From: an uncultured bacterium
GTDB lineage: Bacteria; Acidobacteriota; Aminicenantia; UBA2199
DNA: 64,000 nt
Reading direction: 5' to 3'
NCBI GenBank assembly: GCA_942492175.1
Contig: CALODR010000009.1
Location: 249,711 to 313,710, forward strand
Shown: positions 1 to 9,870 of the stretch, piece by piece
Layout of the letters: each line of letters begins with the position of its first letter
Numbering within the stretch: position 1 is the first letter of the stretch
The notes under the pieces: model-generated
Seen by the model: only the letters and a program-made list of their open reading frames with translations
What the model was told of the DNA's origin: nothing
The model's database searches: none
Made by a program: the position numbers and the translations under genes

Positions 1-110
1 TTTGACTCAAGCAGTTTTTTATCCTCTTCAAGACTCCTTATTGTCTTCGGTGTGATATTTTCTTCAAATCGGCACAGGGTCCTGATTATTCTGTCAGAGT
101 TATTTGTCAT
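1..110 (-). CDS. N-terminal fragment of a CDS running off the window start (hypothetical)
   Basis: ATG at 110 on the minus strand opens MTNNSDRIIRTLCRFEENITPKTIRSLEEDKKLLES with no stop before the edge; divergent from mntP. Confidence 0.4.
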   Translation of the reverse strand, partial: MTNNSDRIIRTLCRFEENITPKTIRSLEEDKKLLES

Positions 111-205
111 GAAAAAATAGTATATGAAAACTGATCATATCTCAAGATTAAAACCGGTAAATCTTGACTTGATCTGCCTTACATGATAATTCTTACAGAC
201 TGAAA

Positions 206-221
206 ACCTCACTAGTGAGGT
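206..221. promoter_or_regulatory. Perfect 16-bp palindrome ACCTCACTAGTGAGGT upstream of mntP (candidate operator or RBS-masking hairpin)
   Basis: Read directly; ends 17 nt before the ATG at 239; TTGACT at 164-169 and GATAAT at 185-190 lie upstream. Confidence 0.45.
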
Positions 222-238
222 GAAAAGAAAGATTACGA

Positions 239-802
239 ATGGATATTCTTACAATGGTCTTTATTGCAGCGGGTCTCTCTATGGACTCTTTTGCTGTGTC
301 TGTTGTTAATGGTTTCTGCACAACAAAACTAAAAATAAAAAATATACTTATGATTGCAGTTTCATTTACTTTGTTTCAGACGCTTATGCCTGTTTTAGGG
401 TGGTTTGCAGGGCTGACAATTGAATTATATATCAGGAGCCTTGATCATTGGATAGCTTTCCTCCTCCTCCTGTATCTTGGCATCAGAATGATATACAGCA
501 GCTATAGTGATCATGCAAGAACATCATGCAATGAGATCAAAGTCACGGAAATAATTACTCAGTCCTTTGCTACAAGTATTGATGCTCTGGCTGTCGGACT
601 GAGTCTTGCGGTTCTTAAAGTGCAAATAGTACTTCCTGTTATTATAATTGGGGCAACAACATTTATCTTTTCTCTTGCAGGACTTTTTATTGGGAAGTAT
701 TCAGGTAAAAAGTTTAAAAGAGGTTCGGAAATAACGGGCGGAATAATTTTGATACTTATCGGAGTTAAAATATTGATCGAACACCTCTCTGTTCATAATT
801 GA
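239..802 (+). CDS. mntP: Manganese efflux pump MntP (YebN family)
   Basis: Duplicated motif GLSMDSFAVS / ATSIDALAVG, six hydrophobic segments, C-terminal GGIILILIG. Confidence 0.9.
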   Translation: MDILTMVFIAAGLSMDSFAVSVVNGFCTTKLKIKNILMIAVSFTLFQTLMPVLGWFAGLTIELYIRSLDHWIAFLLLLYLGIRMIYSSYSDHARTSCNEIKVTEIITQSFATSIDALAVGLSLAVLKVQIVLPVIIIGATTFIFSLAGLFIGKYSGKKFKRGSEITGGIILILIGVKILIEHLSVHN

Positions 803-883
803 TATATTGTATTGGCTAATGCCGAAATCATTTTTCTGGACAGATTCCCGATTCTCAATTAAAATACCTGTTTGGAGATGAGA

Positions 884-1414
884 ATGAAAAAAATAGCGGT
901 TTTTTCCGGGAGCAATAGTTCCAGGTCAATAAATCAGAAACTTGCTGAATTTGCAGGATCTCTTATTAAAGGGCACTCTGTTAAAATAATTGATCTGGTA
1001 AAGTTTGAAATTCCACTGTACAGCGAGGATCTGGAGAGAGAAGGGTTCCCCTCCGGTTTAAAGGACCTGCATAAAGAAATTTCCGGGCAGGACGGACTGG
1101 TGATCTCAGTTCCGGAGCATAATGGCAATATGCCTGCATTTTTCAAGAATATTCTGGATTGGCTTTCTCGATATGATCGGAAGTTTTTATCAGGAATAAA
1201 AATATTTTTGATGAGTACTTCTCCAGGCGGCAGGGGAGGCGTATCATCGCTTGAGGCAACAGAAAAGATTCTTCCTAAATTTAAAGGAGAAATTGTCTCA
1301 ACTTTCAGTCTCAGTTCTTTCCCGGAAAATTTTTCGGATGGGGATATAGTAGATAACAAGAAAAAAGAAGAACTTGGTAAACTGATCAAGGTATTTTTAA
1401 ACAGCCTTCAGTAG
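884..1414 (+). CDS. NADPH-dependent FMN reductase (flavodoxin-like)
   Basis: FSGSNSSRSIN, PEHNG, KNILDWLSR, STSPGGRGG; start moved to ATG 884, 6 nt after GGAG. Confidence 0.85.
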   Translation: MKKIAVFSGSNSSRSINQKLAEFAGSLIKGHSVKIIDLVKFEIPLYSEDLEREGFPSGLKDLHKEISGQDGLVISVPEHNGNMPAFFKNILDWLSRYDRKFLSGIKIFLMSTSPGGRGGVSSLEATEKILPKFKGEIVSTFSLSSFPENFSDGDIVDNKKKEELGKLIKVFLNSLQ

Positions 1415-1441
1415 GTCAAAGTTGAGAATGGCGGTAAAATT

Positions 1442-2608
1442 ATGATAATAATAGATAAACCTTACGTATCGGATCATGTTGTACAAACCATATTGAAGAA
1501 CAAATTCATGGTCCTGAGAAATCATGTGTCCGAATCTATATTTAATATTTATCCGGAATTATTGCTGAATGAAGATGAAGCTGTCAAGATGTTCAGAGCG
1601 GATCCGGAGCAGAGGATATATACAATATCGGAGAACTCTATTGAATGGGTTGTCAAAAACATAGGTTTTACTGAACTTCCTGAGAAAATTGATCTTTTCA
1701 AGAACAAGACCAGATTCAGGAATATGACGAGAGAGATCTATCCTCATCTGTTCTACAGAGAGGTGGCTGCAGATGGCCTTAAGAATATTAATGTAGAAGA
1801 TCTTCCTCTTCCGGTAATTCTGAAACCGGCAGTCGGATTTTTCAGTATGGGAGTTAATAAGATTAATTCGGCTGAGGATTGGCAAAATGTGGTTGGAACA
1901 ATTGCTTCAGAGCTTGAAAGGTTCGGGGATATCTACCCCGATGAGGTTCTTGATATAAATTCTTTTATAATTGAAGAGTATATAAAAGGTGATGAATATG
2001 CCATAGATGCTTATTTTAATAAGGATGGAGAGCCTGTGATCTTGGGTATATTTAAGCATGTTTTCTCTTCAAATGATGATGTCGGTGACAGACTGTATAT
2101 GACTTCGAAAGATATAGTCCTTGAAAATCTCAATCATTTTACCGGATTCATGAAGAAAATCGGAGCTCTTGCTGATTTAAAAAATTTCCCTCTCCACACT
2201 GAAGTGAGGGTAAATAAGTCAGGTGAGATAGTTCCGATCGAAATTAATCCTTTAAGGTTCGGAGCGTGGTGTACCACGGCAGATGCTACCTGGTTCTCAT
2301 ATCAGATGAACCCTTATGAATACTATTTCTCTGATAGTGTCCCCGATTGGGAGAAGATACTCAATGGGAGGGATGGGATCACTTACAGCATGATTGTTCT
2401 TGATAACACAACCGGACTCAGGACCGAAACTATAGATAATTTTGATCATGAGAAACTCCTCGGACATTTCAACTCAATAATGGAATTCAGGGAGATCGAT
2501 CATAGGAAGTACAATGTATTCGGGTTCATTTATACCCGAACAGACGCAAAAACCCGGTCTGAACTCGACTGGGTACTTCATTCAGATCTGACGGAATTTA
2601 TTTCCTGA
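1442..2608 (+). CDS. ATP-grasp domain protein (substrate unknown)
   Basis: VILKPAVGFFSMGV, FIIEEYIKGDEYAIDAY, HTEVR, PIEINPLRFG. Confidence 0.8.
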   Translation: MIIIDKPYVSDHVVQTILKNKFMVLRNHVSESIFNIYPELLLNEDEAVKMFRADPEQRIYTISENSIEWVVKNIGFTELPEKIDLFKNKTRFRNMTREIYPHLFYREVAADGLKNINVEDLPLPVILKPAVGFFSMGVNKINSAEDWQNVVGTIASELERFGDIYPDEVLDINSFIIEEYIKGDEYAIDAYFNKDGEPVILGIFKHVFSSNDDVGDRLYMTSKDIVLENLNHFTGFMKKIGALADLKNFPLHTEVRVNKSGEIVPIEINPLRFGAWCTTADATWFSYQMNPYEYYFSDSVPDWEKILNGRDGITYSMIVLDNTTGLRTETIDNFDHEKLLGHFNSIMEFREIDHRKYNVFGFIYTRTDAKTRSELDWVLHSDLTEFIS

Positions 2609-2671
2609 TTTGATTTCTTTTCCTTAAAATATTAAGTTAGCAGGGTAAAACAATAATATTTGTCTAAATAA

Positions 2672-3388
2672 TATCCGATACAATACAGAATAATTCATCG
2701 GGATTTTAAACCGGAAAATATTATGGACGGGCCTAATGATGAAGTAGTTGTGATGGATTGGGGAATAGCCAAAAGGATAAGGGAAAAAAATCCCGTGGCC
2801 GGACCGGGAGTTGATGATCTGGAGAAAGAGATCAGGAAAATGGGAAATGATAAATTCAGTAAGGGAGATATATCCAATACTGAAGATGGTTCAATAATCG
2901 GTACTCCTGCATACATGGCGCCTGGCCAGATCACAAAACAACCTCATGATGAGAGGACAGATATTTACAGCATCTCAGCGTTGTTCTATGAATTTCTGAC
3001 TTTAAAACCTTATTTGAGTACGAAAAATTCAATGAAAGAAGTATTAAATGCTGTGATAAAAGAAAAATCTAAATTTGCAATGAATGTAAAGAACAAATTT
3101 CAGCCATCTGTGCCTGCCGATCTGTCTCATATTCTTGCAAAGGGGCTTCAGAAAGATCCGAAGAAAAGGTATCAATCGGTCAGAGAGATACAGATGGTTG
3201 TTGATAATGTAATGGAAGGCCATACGCCGGTTCAATGCCCGTTCTCGTTGACCGAGAGATCTTATCAGGGATTGATAAATTTAGTTACTAAATTTCCGAT
3301 GAGTGGGGTAATGTTCTTTATATTACTTGTTTTGTTTTCGGTATTGGGATTCTGGTATCTCTTCGGTGAAATACTTGGTGTATTCTAA
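2672..3388 (+). pseudogene. 5'-truncated Hanks-type Ser/Thr protein kinase with C-terminal TM helix
   Basis: The frame upstream of the listed ATG 2723 reads YPIQYRIIHRDFKPENIMDGPNDEVVVMDWGIAK, then GTPAYMAPGQ and DIYSISALFYEFLT; an in-frame TAA at 2669-2671 precedes it and no N-lobe is present. Confidence 0.75.
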
Positions 3389-3418
3389 ACATATGTCATT
3401 TTTCAGATAATCCAAAAA

Positions 3419-3461
3419 GGTGCCAGGTAACTTTCCGTAGAACTAAAAGGTACCTGTCCCC
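3419..3461. repeat. REP-like imperfect palindrome, copy 1
   Basis: Degenerate left arm GGTGCCAGGTAACTTT (3419-3434) and right arm AAAAGGTACCTGTCCCC (3445-3461). Confidence 0.65.
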
Positions 3462-3523
3462 ATTTGTTCAATTTGCATTAATTAGTGTGTCGTGATAATT
3501 TAACTCAACTGGAGATTGATATT

Positions 3524-4093
3524 ATGTACCTTTTTTTTGATACTGAGACTACAGGGCTTCCCAGGAACTGGAAAGCTCCCTTAAGTGATTTGGATAATTG
3601 GCCGAGGATGGTTCAGATCGCATGGATAGTATTTAATGAGAATGGAGATAAAATAGATTCAAAAAATTATATTGTTAAACCCGAGAATTTTGAAATTCCT
3701 GTTGAATCATCAGATATTCATGGAATAACTACTGAAAGAGCCCTCTCTGAGGGAGATGACCTGACTTATGTCCTGGCAGTCTTCAGTGATTACATAAACA
3801 GGGCTGACAAGCTTGTCGCCCACAATATGTCGTTTGATGAAAAAATAGTAGGAGCTGAATTCCTGAGAAAAAATATTAAAAACAAACTTTTCTCAAAAGA
3901 GAGAATTTGCACGATGATGAGTTCAAAGGAGTTTTGTGCAATTCAGGGATCTTACGGGATGAAATGGCCTACCTTGTCCGAGCTTCACAGAAAATTATTC
4001 GGGAAAGATTTTGAAAATGCACATGATGCTTACTCGGACATAACTGCTACTGCCGATTGCTTCTGGAAAATGAAAGAATTAAAAATCGTATAG
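3524..4093 (+). CDS. DEDDh 3'-5' exonuclease (DnaQ/epsilon-like)
   Basis: FFDTETTG, HNMSFD, HDAYSD; ATG 3524 with GGAG at 3511-3514. Confidence 0.9.
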   Translation: MYLFFDTETTGLPRNWKAPLSDLDNWPRMVQIAWIVFNENGDKIDSKNYIVKPENFEIPVESSDIHGITTERALSEGDDLTYVLAVFSDYINRADKLVAHNMSFDEKIVGAEFLRKNIKNKLFSKERICTMMSSKEFCAIQGSYGMKWPTLSELHRKLFGKDFENAHDAYSDITATADCFWKMKELKIV

Positions 4094-4102
4094 ATAGAAA
4101 AA

Positions 4103-4564
4103 CTATTTACAACCTTTTTTTTCTACTGTATAGATAATTGATGCTATTTTCCATTTATTTTTATCTTTGATCAGGCTGAAGGAATCCACACCGCAATGAC
4201 TGTATTTACCGTTAATATAAAATTTATACTTTGCCCATACTACTGCAATGTTCTTGTGTATTAAAAAATCCGGATTATAGATAACTTCTTTATATTTTCC
4301 TTTTGTTTTAGGGAGTGACTCAGTAAGTGCTTTGTAGTCAGTAAATCTGATCTTATAAGATTCCCCATCCTCCCTGACTGAAAAATTACTCCCTTTATCC
4401 ATTAATATGATCTTTGCCAACTCTATATCTCCTGTTTTCAGAACTTTGAAGAATTTATTCACTGTTTCCAGAATATCTTTCTTTTCATTGTCAGTATTTC
4501 CGTAAATTGATACATAAAACACAAAAATAATACATATTGTTACCAGAATTTTTGAATATTTCAC
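4103..4564 (-). CDS. Secreted NTF2/SnoaL-like protein
   Basis: Signal-peptide-like N-terminus; IAVVWAKYKFY...HCGVDSFSLIK...WKIASI; GTG start at 4564 after CAGGAG. Confidence 0.7.
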   Translation of the reverse strand: MKYSKILVTICIIFVFYVSIYGNTDNEKKDILETVNKFFKVLKTGDIELAKIILMDKGSNFSVREDGESYKIRFTDYKALTESLPKTKGKYKEVIYNPDFLIHKNIAVVWAKYKFYINGKYSHCGVDSFSLIKDKNKWKIASIIYTVEKKGCK

Positions 4565-4624
4565 CGAATTCTCCTGAAGCAAATAATAATAAAATATAAT
4601 CATTTATACAATTAGGGTCATATC

Positions 4625-4678
4625 TTAAAAGGGGACAGGTACCTTTACTAAAGTAAAAAGGTGTCTGTCCCCGTTTAA
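4625..4678. repeat. REP-like imperfect palindrome, copy 2
   Basis: TTAAAAGGGGACAGGTACCTTT-ACTAAAGTAA-AAAGGTGTCTGTCCCCGTTTAA. Confidence 0.8.
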
Positions 4679-4706
4679 ACGGATGAATTGGTTTGTTAAA
4701 TGCTGC

Positions 4707-5459
4707 TTAATTGAAGATGTATTTTTTGTTGCGGACTGTTATGTTGGGTGGTATTTTGTGTTTTTCGAAGTGATCATAACCCTCTTTCAAGTTTTTCCAG
4801 AAATCTGTCCAGTTTGAGTCTCTGTATTTTATCATGTTGTTCTCAGTCATCTTGAACGGGAATATGTGGATCCTGAAATAGGGCTGACCTTTTTCGAATG
4901 CTTTGTGTATAATTGTGTATATCTCTTTTATTCTCCGGTCGGTCATTGCGTAGCAACCGATCGAGACACAATTCCCGTGAACCATGATAAGTCCTCCTGT
5001 ATATCCGTGGGACCTGTCGTATCTGTTCGGATATCCTATATTGAAGGAGAGGAAAAAGGAGCTCCATGGATTTAATTGGTTCGGTTTTACAAAATAGAAA
5101 CCTTCGGGGCTTTTACCGTCACCCTCTCGCTTTTTGGTCCCGAGACCACCTGAGAAATAGCAGATCCAGTACTCTTTAAACAACTTGTATTCTGAACCCG
5201 ATTTCACCCACATCTCCAGTATCTTTTCAGACTTGAAGATCCGAATATAAATATTGTTCCCGAGCGTAAGATCTTTATTCTCAAATTTTGTTGCCAGTGC
5301 CGGTGCTAATTCATTTATCACTTTTTCAGATCTAGGACTTTTCGGAATATTTACTGCAATTGAGATGGCAGATGATAACAGAATAATTAAAATTGAAAGA
5401 GTGAACTTTTTTATTTTATGTGGTTTCCTGTGATTTTTTTGCCGGAAGTTCATCTTCAA
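4707..5459 (-). CDS. YkuD-domain L,D-transpeptidase family protein (YafK/DpaA-like)
   Basis: KREGDGKSPEGFY, SFNIGYPN, catalytic IMVHGNCVSIGC; N-terminal hydrophobic segment. Confidence 0.85.
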   Translation of the reverse strand: MKMNFRQKNHRKPHKIKKFTLSILIILLSSAISIAVNIPKSPRSEKVINELAPALATKFENKDLTLGNNIYIRIFKSEKILEMWVKSGSEYKLFKEYWICYFSGGLGTKKREGDGKSPEGFYFVKPNQLNPWSSFFLSFNIGYPNRYDRSHGYTGGLIMVHGNCVSIGCYAMTDRRIKEIYTIIHKAFEKGQPYFRIHIFPFKMTENNMIKYRDSNWTDFWKNLKEGYDHFEKHKIPPNITVRNKKYIFN

Positions 5460-6057
5460 ATTTTTTATAATCTATCTTATCTTTTTTCAGAAGCGGATAA
5501 ATTTTCAGGCATACCCATGCATCTGTTGCAGCATAGTTTTTCTGTTTTTCCGACAATTCGTTCCTTGCCCAATTGGTTGTTTGTGCTGTTTTCACAAGCC
5601 TCTTCTGAAGGTACCTTGCTGTAAGCCCTCTGGCCCCTGTCTGAATAATTCCTTTTTCTTTTGCAAGGATGGAGAGGTCTATCAGTCCGTTTAGAGTAAC
5701 ATCGTTGAATCCTTTCAGCTTATTAATATCGTGGGAAAGTCCTACACCTACCTTTTTCACTTTTTGTGAAGAAAGGAGCGGTTCAAGAAGAGGAATAAGC
5801 CCGTTACCGTTTACCTGAAAGAGGTACGATGTTTTTAGAGTGGATATCTGTATCAGTGATATTGGGTGCGAAACTCCTGCTTTAAAAGATGGTTTACTCT
5901 CTGTATCAAAGCCAAGTAGTTTTTCTCTCAACAACTTTTTTATTATTTTCCCGGCGGCGGATACATCGTTTACAACCTTCACTTCACCCTCGAACCGGAT
6001 TATTGGGAGAGAATTAATATAATCCCTGCTTAGTCTGTTTTGTTCGATTAGCGCCAA
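5416..6057 (-). CDS. DEDDy 3'-5' exonuclease (RNase D/WRN-like)
   Basis: GFDTES, LIQIS, SHDI, YAATDAW; the TTG at 6057 avoids overlap with glyA (ORF track start 6099). Confidence 0.85.
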   Translation of the reverse strand: MALIEQNRLSRDYINSLPIIRFEGEVKVVNDVSAAGKIIKKLLREKLLGFDTESKPSFKAGVSHPISLIQISTLKTSYLFQVNGNGLIPLLEPLLSSQKVKKVGVGLSHDINKLKGFNDVTLNGLIDLSILAKEKGIIQTGARGLTARYLQKRLVKTAQTTNWARNELSEKQKNYAATDAWVCLKIYPLLKKDKIDYKKFEDELPAKKSQETT

Positions 6058-6067
6058 TTTTTCTTCT

Positions 6068-7345
6068 TTACCGCCCCAGTTTATTTTTATAATGTTCAAT
6101 TATATCAGAATATATTGAGAATGAAGATGTAAGCTCCTTAACTTTCCCTTTGATCTTAGCAAGAACTGCTTCGTCATTTGTGTTCTTTAATGCTTCAACA
6201 ATTAGTTCAGCAACTCTCTTCATCTCACCCTCTTTCATTCCCCTGGTTGTCAGTGAAGGAGTGCCGAGCCTGATACCGGAACTTACCATTGGGGGATTCT
6301 GGTCGAAGGGGATGGTGTTTTTGTTCACAGTGATCCCGGCAATGTCAAGCGCTGTCTCTGCATCTTTTCCTGTGATGTTCAGGGGGGTGACATCTACGAG
6401 CATCAGATGGTTGTCGGTCCCTCCGGATACAATCCTTAATCCTTGAGCTGTGAGTTCATCTGACAAGACAGATGCATTTTTTACAACCTGTTTCTGGTAT
6501 TTTTTAAAATCATCACCCATTGCTATTTTAAAACAGATAGCTTTTGCAGCGATCACATGCTCAAGAGGACCTCCCTGGATTCCGGGGAATACACTCTTCC
6601 TTAATTCTTTCAAATGCTCTTTTTTTGACAGAATCATTCCGCCTCTCGGGCCTCTTAATGTTTTATGTGTAGTAGAAGTTACAAAATCGGCGTAAGGTAC
6701 AGGTGAAGGATGGACTCCTGCTGCAACCAGTCCGGCAATATGAGCCATGTCGACCATAAATATTGCACCGACGCTATCAGCAATTTTTTTAAATCTTTCA
6801 AAATCAATAAATCTGGGATAAGCAGAGGCTCCTGCCACGATCAGTTTGGGGCGGTGCTCCTTTGCCAGCAATTCCAGCGCATCATAGTCAATAGTCTCTG
6901 TTTCTTTATTTACACCATAGAAAATAATGTTATAAAGTTTTCCGGTGAAATTAAGTGGATGACCATGCGACAGATGACCTCCGTGAGAAAGGTCCATACC
7001 AAACATTGTATCTCCCGGTTCTAGCACGGTCATATAAACGGCCATATTTGCCTGAGTTCCCGAGTGGGGTTGAACATTAGCATACTCAGCCCCAAATAAT
7101 TCTTTTGCTCTCGTTGTTGCAAGTTTCTCTGACACATCTACATTTTCGCATCCGCCGTAATATCTTTTTTTAGGATAACCTTCTGCATATTTATTGGTGA
7201 GGACAGAGCCTGCAGCCTCAAGTATTCCATTCGGAACAAAGTTTTCTGAAGCAATTAACTCCAGATTGTCGTTCTGACGCTGAGTTTCATTCAGAATTAC
7301 TTCTGCGATCTCCGGGTCCAATTGAAAAATATCCTTGTTTAACAT
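6068..7345 (-). CDS. glyA: Serine hydroxymethyltransferase
   Basis: [25 protein letters not shown]-lysine motif [12 protein letters not shown]. Confidence 0.98.
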   Translation of the reverse strand: MLNKDIFQLDPEIAEVILNETQRQNDNLELIASENFVPNGILEAAGSVLTNKYAEGYPKKRYYGGCENVDVSEKLATTRAKELFGAEYANVQPHSGTQANMAVYMTVLEPGDTMFGMDLSHGGHLSHGHPLNFTGKLYNIIFYGVNKETETIDYDALELLAKEHRPKLIVAGASAYPRFIDFERFKKIADSVGAIFMVDMAHIAGLVAAGVHPSPVPYADFVTSTTHKTLRGPRGGMILSKKEHLKELRKSVFPGIQGGPLEHVIAAKAICFKIAMGDDFKKYQKQVVKNASVLSDELTAQGLRIVSGGTDNHLMLVDVTPLNITGKDAETALDIAGITVNKNTIPFDQNPPMVSSGIRLGTPSLTTRGMKEGEMKRVAELIVEALKNTNDEAVLAKIKGKVKELTSSFSIYSDIIEHYKNKLGR

Positions 7346-7360
7346 TGTTATTCTCCTGAT

Positions 7361-7816
7361 TTATTTAAAATTCTTTTTTTCCACTTCGTTAGACAGGAAT
7401 GCCAGTCTTTCAGAATGACGTCCCCCTTCGAACCTTGTATTAATCCAAATATCTACTATTTTTTCTGCCTGTTCAGGTGAAACAAGCCTGGCCCCCATAT
7501 TCAGAACATTTGCATTGTTATGCTTCCTGGACATTTCAGCAGAATATTCATCATTGCAAAGAGCAGCTCTTACATTTTTGAACTTGTTCGCTACTATAGA
7601 CATACCTATACCGGAACCGCATATTATAATCCCGAGAGAATTTTCAGGGTCAGAGGATACAGCCTGTGCAGCTTTTGCGCCGTATTCAGCCCAATTTGCA
7701 CTCTCTTCAGAGTATGTCCCCACATCATTTATTGAATAACCTTTTTTTTCGAGGTGTTCCTTTACAGATATTTTTAGTTTATAACCGGCATGGTCAGATG
7801 CAAGATAAATTTTCAT
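7361..7816 (-). CDS. rpiB: Ribose 5-phosphate isomerase B
   Basis: ASDHAG, CGSGIGMSIVANK, HNNANVL, FEGGRH. Confidence 0.95.
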   Translation of the reverse strand: MKIYLASDHAGYKLKISVKEHLEKKGYSINDVGTYSEESANWAEYGAKAAQAVSSDPENSLGIIICGSGIGMSIVANKFKNVRAALCNDEYSAEMSRKHNNANVLNMGARLVSPEQAEKIVDIWINTRFEGGRHSERLAFLSNEVEKKNFK

Positions 7817-7892
7817 CAGGTTCTCTTTAGGAGCTTAATGATTAAATTTAATATATTTGACGACTAAAGTCAATTATTCGGGAGGAAAAGAT

Positions 7893-8804
7893 TCATTTAA
7901 AAGCTGAAGTGTAGTTGCGAAAACTCTCTGCTGAATCCTTGCAGAAGGAGAGGGTTTTGTCAATGTTTATTACCAAATAACCATTAATAACACTTAAATA
8001 TATTGTCTTTTTATCCCTGTCTATAAAAGATATACTTTTCCCTCTGATCGTGAAATCGGAGTATCTTTTCTCTGCTTTGAAAAGAGTGACAAAGCGGTCT
8101 GAATTTTTCCGGGGATCAGCCCCTTTTTTGAATTCAAGAACAAAGATGATAGAGTCGTTGGTTGTCCCTGAAGCTCCATGAAGTATTTCCGATTTTGAAG
8201 AGAACAGGTTGTAAATATTCATCAATCCGAGGTCTCCCTTAAAATAGACCCTGCTCTTATATTTTTCCGGATCAATAATTTTTACTATTTCCGGGAAAGA
8301 TACCGAAGAGATTATTCTTCTTTCAAGTTCTTCCCGTATTGCCTCAATACCTTTTCCGGTTTCTTCATTTATATCTATTGATGTAATAGTGACAAGATTG
8401 TTCCCCAGAAGAATATTAAGATAATAATCTGCTGATGAATATAGGTTTCCATTATTTGTTTTATCCCATTTCCCTCCGGTCTTGAAGGTGAAAATACCAA
8501 ATGCAGATTGAGGGTTATTCATTTTATATATTTCAACGCTGATCCGCCCTGCTCCCTCCTGTTCATACTCTGATGAGATCACCTCTTCAAAACCGTATTC
8601 CTGATATATATCTGCGCCGCCGTTAATATAAAGAAAAAGATCGTCCCCTGTGTATACTTCAGGTTTACCTTTTAATTGCCATTTCTCTATCTTATCCGGA
8701 AGCAATTTTGAAAGGTCTCCGGTCATTTCTGCAAATATGAGATAGTTTGCCAGAACTGCACACAAGAGTATTGTCAGAATTACACATCTAAGGAGTTTAA
8801 GCAT
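7893..8804 (-). CDS. Exported uncharacterised protein (DUF6599-like)
   Basis: Signal peptide, then YTGDDLFLYINGGADIYQEYGF...VEIYKM...AFGIF; recalled family resemblance, usually near DUF362 genes. Confidence 0.55.
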   Translation of the reverse strand: MLKLLRCVILTILLCAVLANYLIFAEMTGDLSKLLPDKIEKWQLKGKPEVYTGDDLFLYINGGADIYQEYGFEEVISSEYEQEGAGRISVEIYKMNNPQSAFGIFTFKTGGKWDKTNNGNLYSSADYYLNILLGNNLVTITSIDINEETGKGIEAIREELERRIISSVSFPEIVKIIDPEKYKSRVYFKGDLGLMNIYNLFSSKSEILHGASGTTNDSIIFVLEFKKGADPRKNSDRFVTLFKAEKRYSDFTIRGKSISFIDRDKKTIYLSVINGYLVINIDKTLSFCKDSAESFRNYTSAFK

Positions 8805-8814
8805 TAAATGAATC

Positions 8815-9753
8815 CTAAATTGAGATCTCAGAAATTTTTAAATATGAGAGATCAATGTTTCCCAACCCATGCTCAAATCCTTTGTTAATCATGACTATGT
8901 CACCCGGATTGAGTCCCCAGAGTTTACAGCAGTATGAATCAATTGCGATGCGGTCAGTCCCCGCGATTACTTTCTGCGGCTTAAATAGTTCTCCAGGTCC
9001 GAATGGTCCGTTTGTTATTATGAACTCTGTCGCATCAACAATAGATAGGGCCGGAGTTATAATCGTATTCAGATCTGCGATCGACTGATCAAGATGAATT
9101 ATACTGTTTCGGTTCGTTTTCCAGTCAGATTTGTGAAATGTCCTGTTGCTTTTTGGTGAGTTAAGCCCCATAAGATTCTTCATTGTACCGGTGAACTTAT
9201 TTCCAATATGGTCTTTTGTGACCGGTACATTTATCAGAAGATCATGTTCAAACAACTTATTCATAACCCTGGCTTCCTTTAGTATCTTCCCTTCAGGGAT
9301 AGGGACAGGTTTAAACATTGATTCGTCTCTCAGGTCTACTGTCTCAAGCTTCCCTCCGGCATTCTCTACAGCCTGTCTCAGTCCTGTTGCCTCCCAAGCT
9401 TTTACAGGCATCCATGATAAATAAGTAACTGTGGATGCACCTGCATTAAGACACATTTCAGTTAATGCTCTGACTACCAGAGGAGATGTGAACGCTCCGG
9501 GATTCGGTCTTTGAGGATTAGCAAGGACTGCTACTTTAGCCCCTTTCCCGACAAACTTTTTCATTCCTCCTATCCTGGAAACAGCTTCTACAGTATTTTT
9601 AAAATAATCATTACCTGTAACAACAGAAATGTCCGGAATTTTTGAAACTGGTTCTGCCTGAATCCTTGTCGGAAATTTTGTAAAAAACAGAGAGGATGCT
9701 CCCAGAACAGCCCCTTTCCTGATAAAAGATCTTCTTGTTATTTTCCCACCCAT
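8815..9753 (-). CDS. DUF362 domain protein with twin-arginine signal
   Basis: TRRSFIRK Tat motif; LINVPVTKDH, TGTMKNLMG, IVDA, DRIAID. Confidence 0.85.
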   Translation of the reverse strand: MGGKITRRSFIRKGAVLGASSLFFTKFPTRIQAEPVSKIPDISVVTGNDYFKNTVEAVSRIGGMKKFVGKGAKVAVLANPQRPNPGAFTSPLVVRALTEMCLNAGASTVTYLSWMPVKAWEATGLRQAVENAGGKLETVDLRDESMFKPVPIPEGKILKEARVMNKLFEHDLLINVPVTKDHIGNKFTGTMKNLMGLNSPKSNRTFHKSDWKTNRNSIIHLDQSIADLNTIITPALSIVDATEFIITNGPFGPGELFKPQKVIAGTDRIAIDSYCCKLWGLNPGDIVMINKGFEHGLGNIDLSYLKISEISI

Positions 9754-9870
9754 TTAGCCTCCTGGAATCATAAATTATAATACTGAAAATAAATTAGAAC
9801 ATCAACAATAAAATATATGCTCTGAAAGTGACAGCTGCCGTATCCCCTTATATAGAATAAAAAATCGGGT

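Noticed and set aside
120-238. Expected yybP-ykoY riboswitch upstream of mntP
   Set aside because: The leader after the putative promoter is only about 45 nt and no riboswitch-like helices were recognised
1412-1444. The FMN reductase TAG stop is in frame with the downstream ATP-grasp ORF with no intervening stop (possible readthrough fusion)
   Set aside because: Both proteins are complete at typical lengths, the second has its own ATG, no pyl genes are visible, and such phasing arises easily by chance
5416-5459. 44-nt overlap between the exonuclease end and the L,D-transpeptidase start (possible frameshift fusion)
   Set aside because: Both domains are complete and unrelated; start-codon uncertainty explains the overlap
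7857-7873. TTGAC-N7-GTCAA inverted repeat upstream of rpiB
   Set aside because: Only 5-bp arms, one of which is probably the minus-strand -35 box; single occurrence
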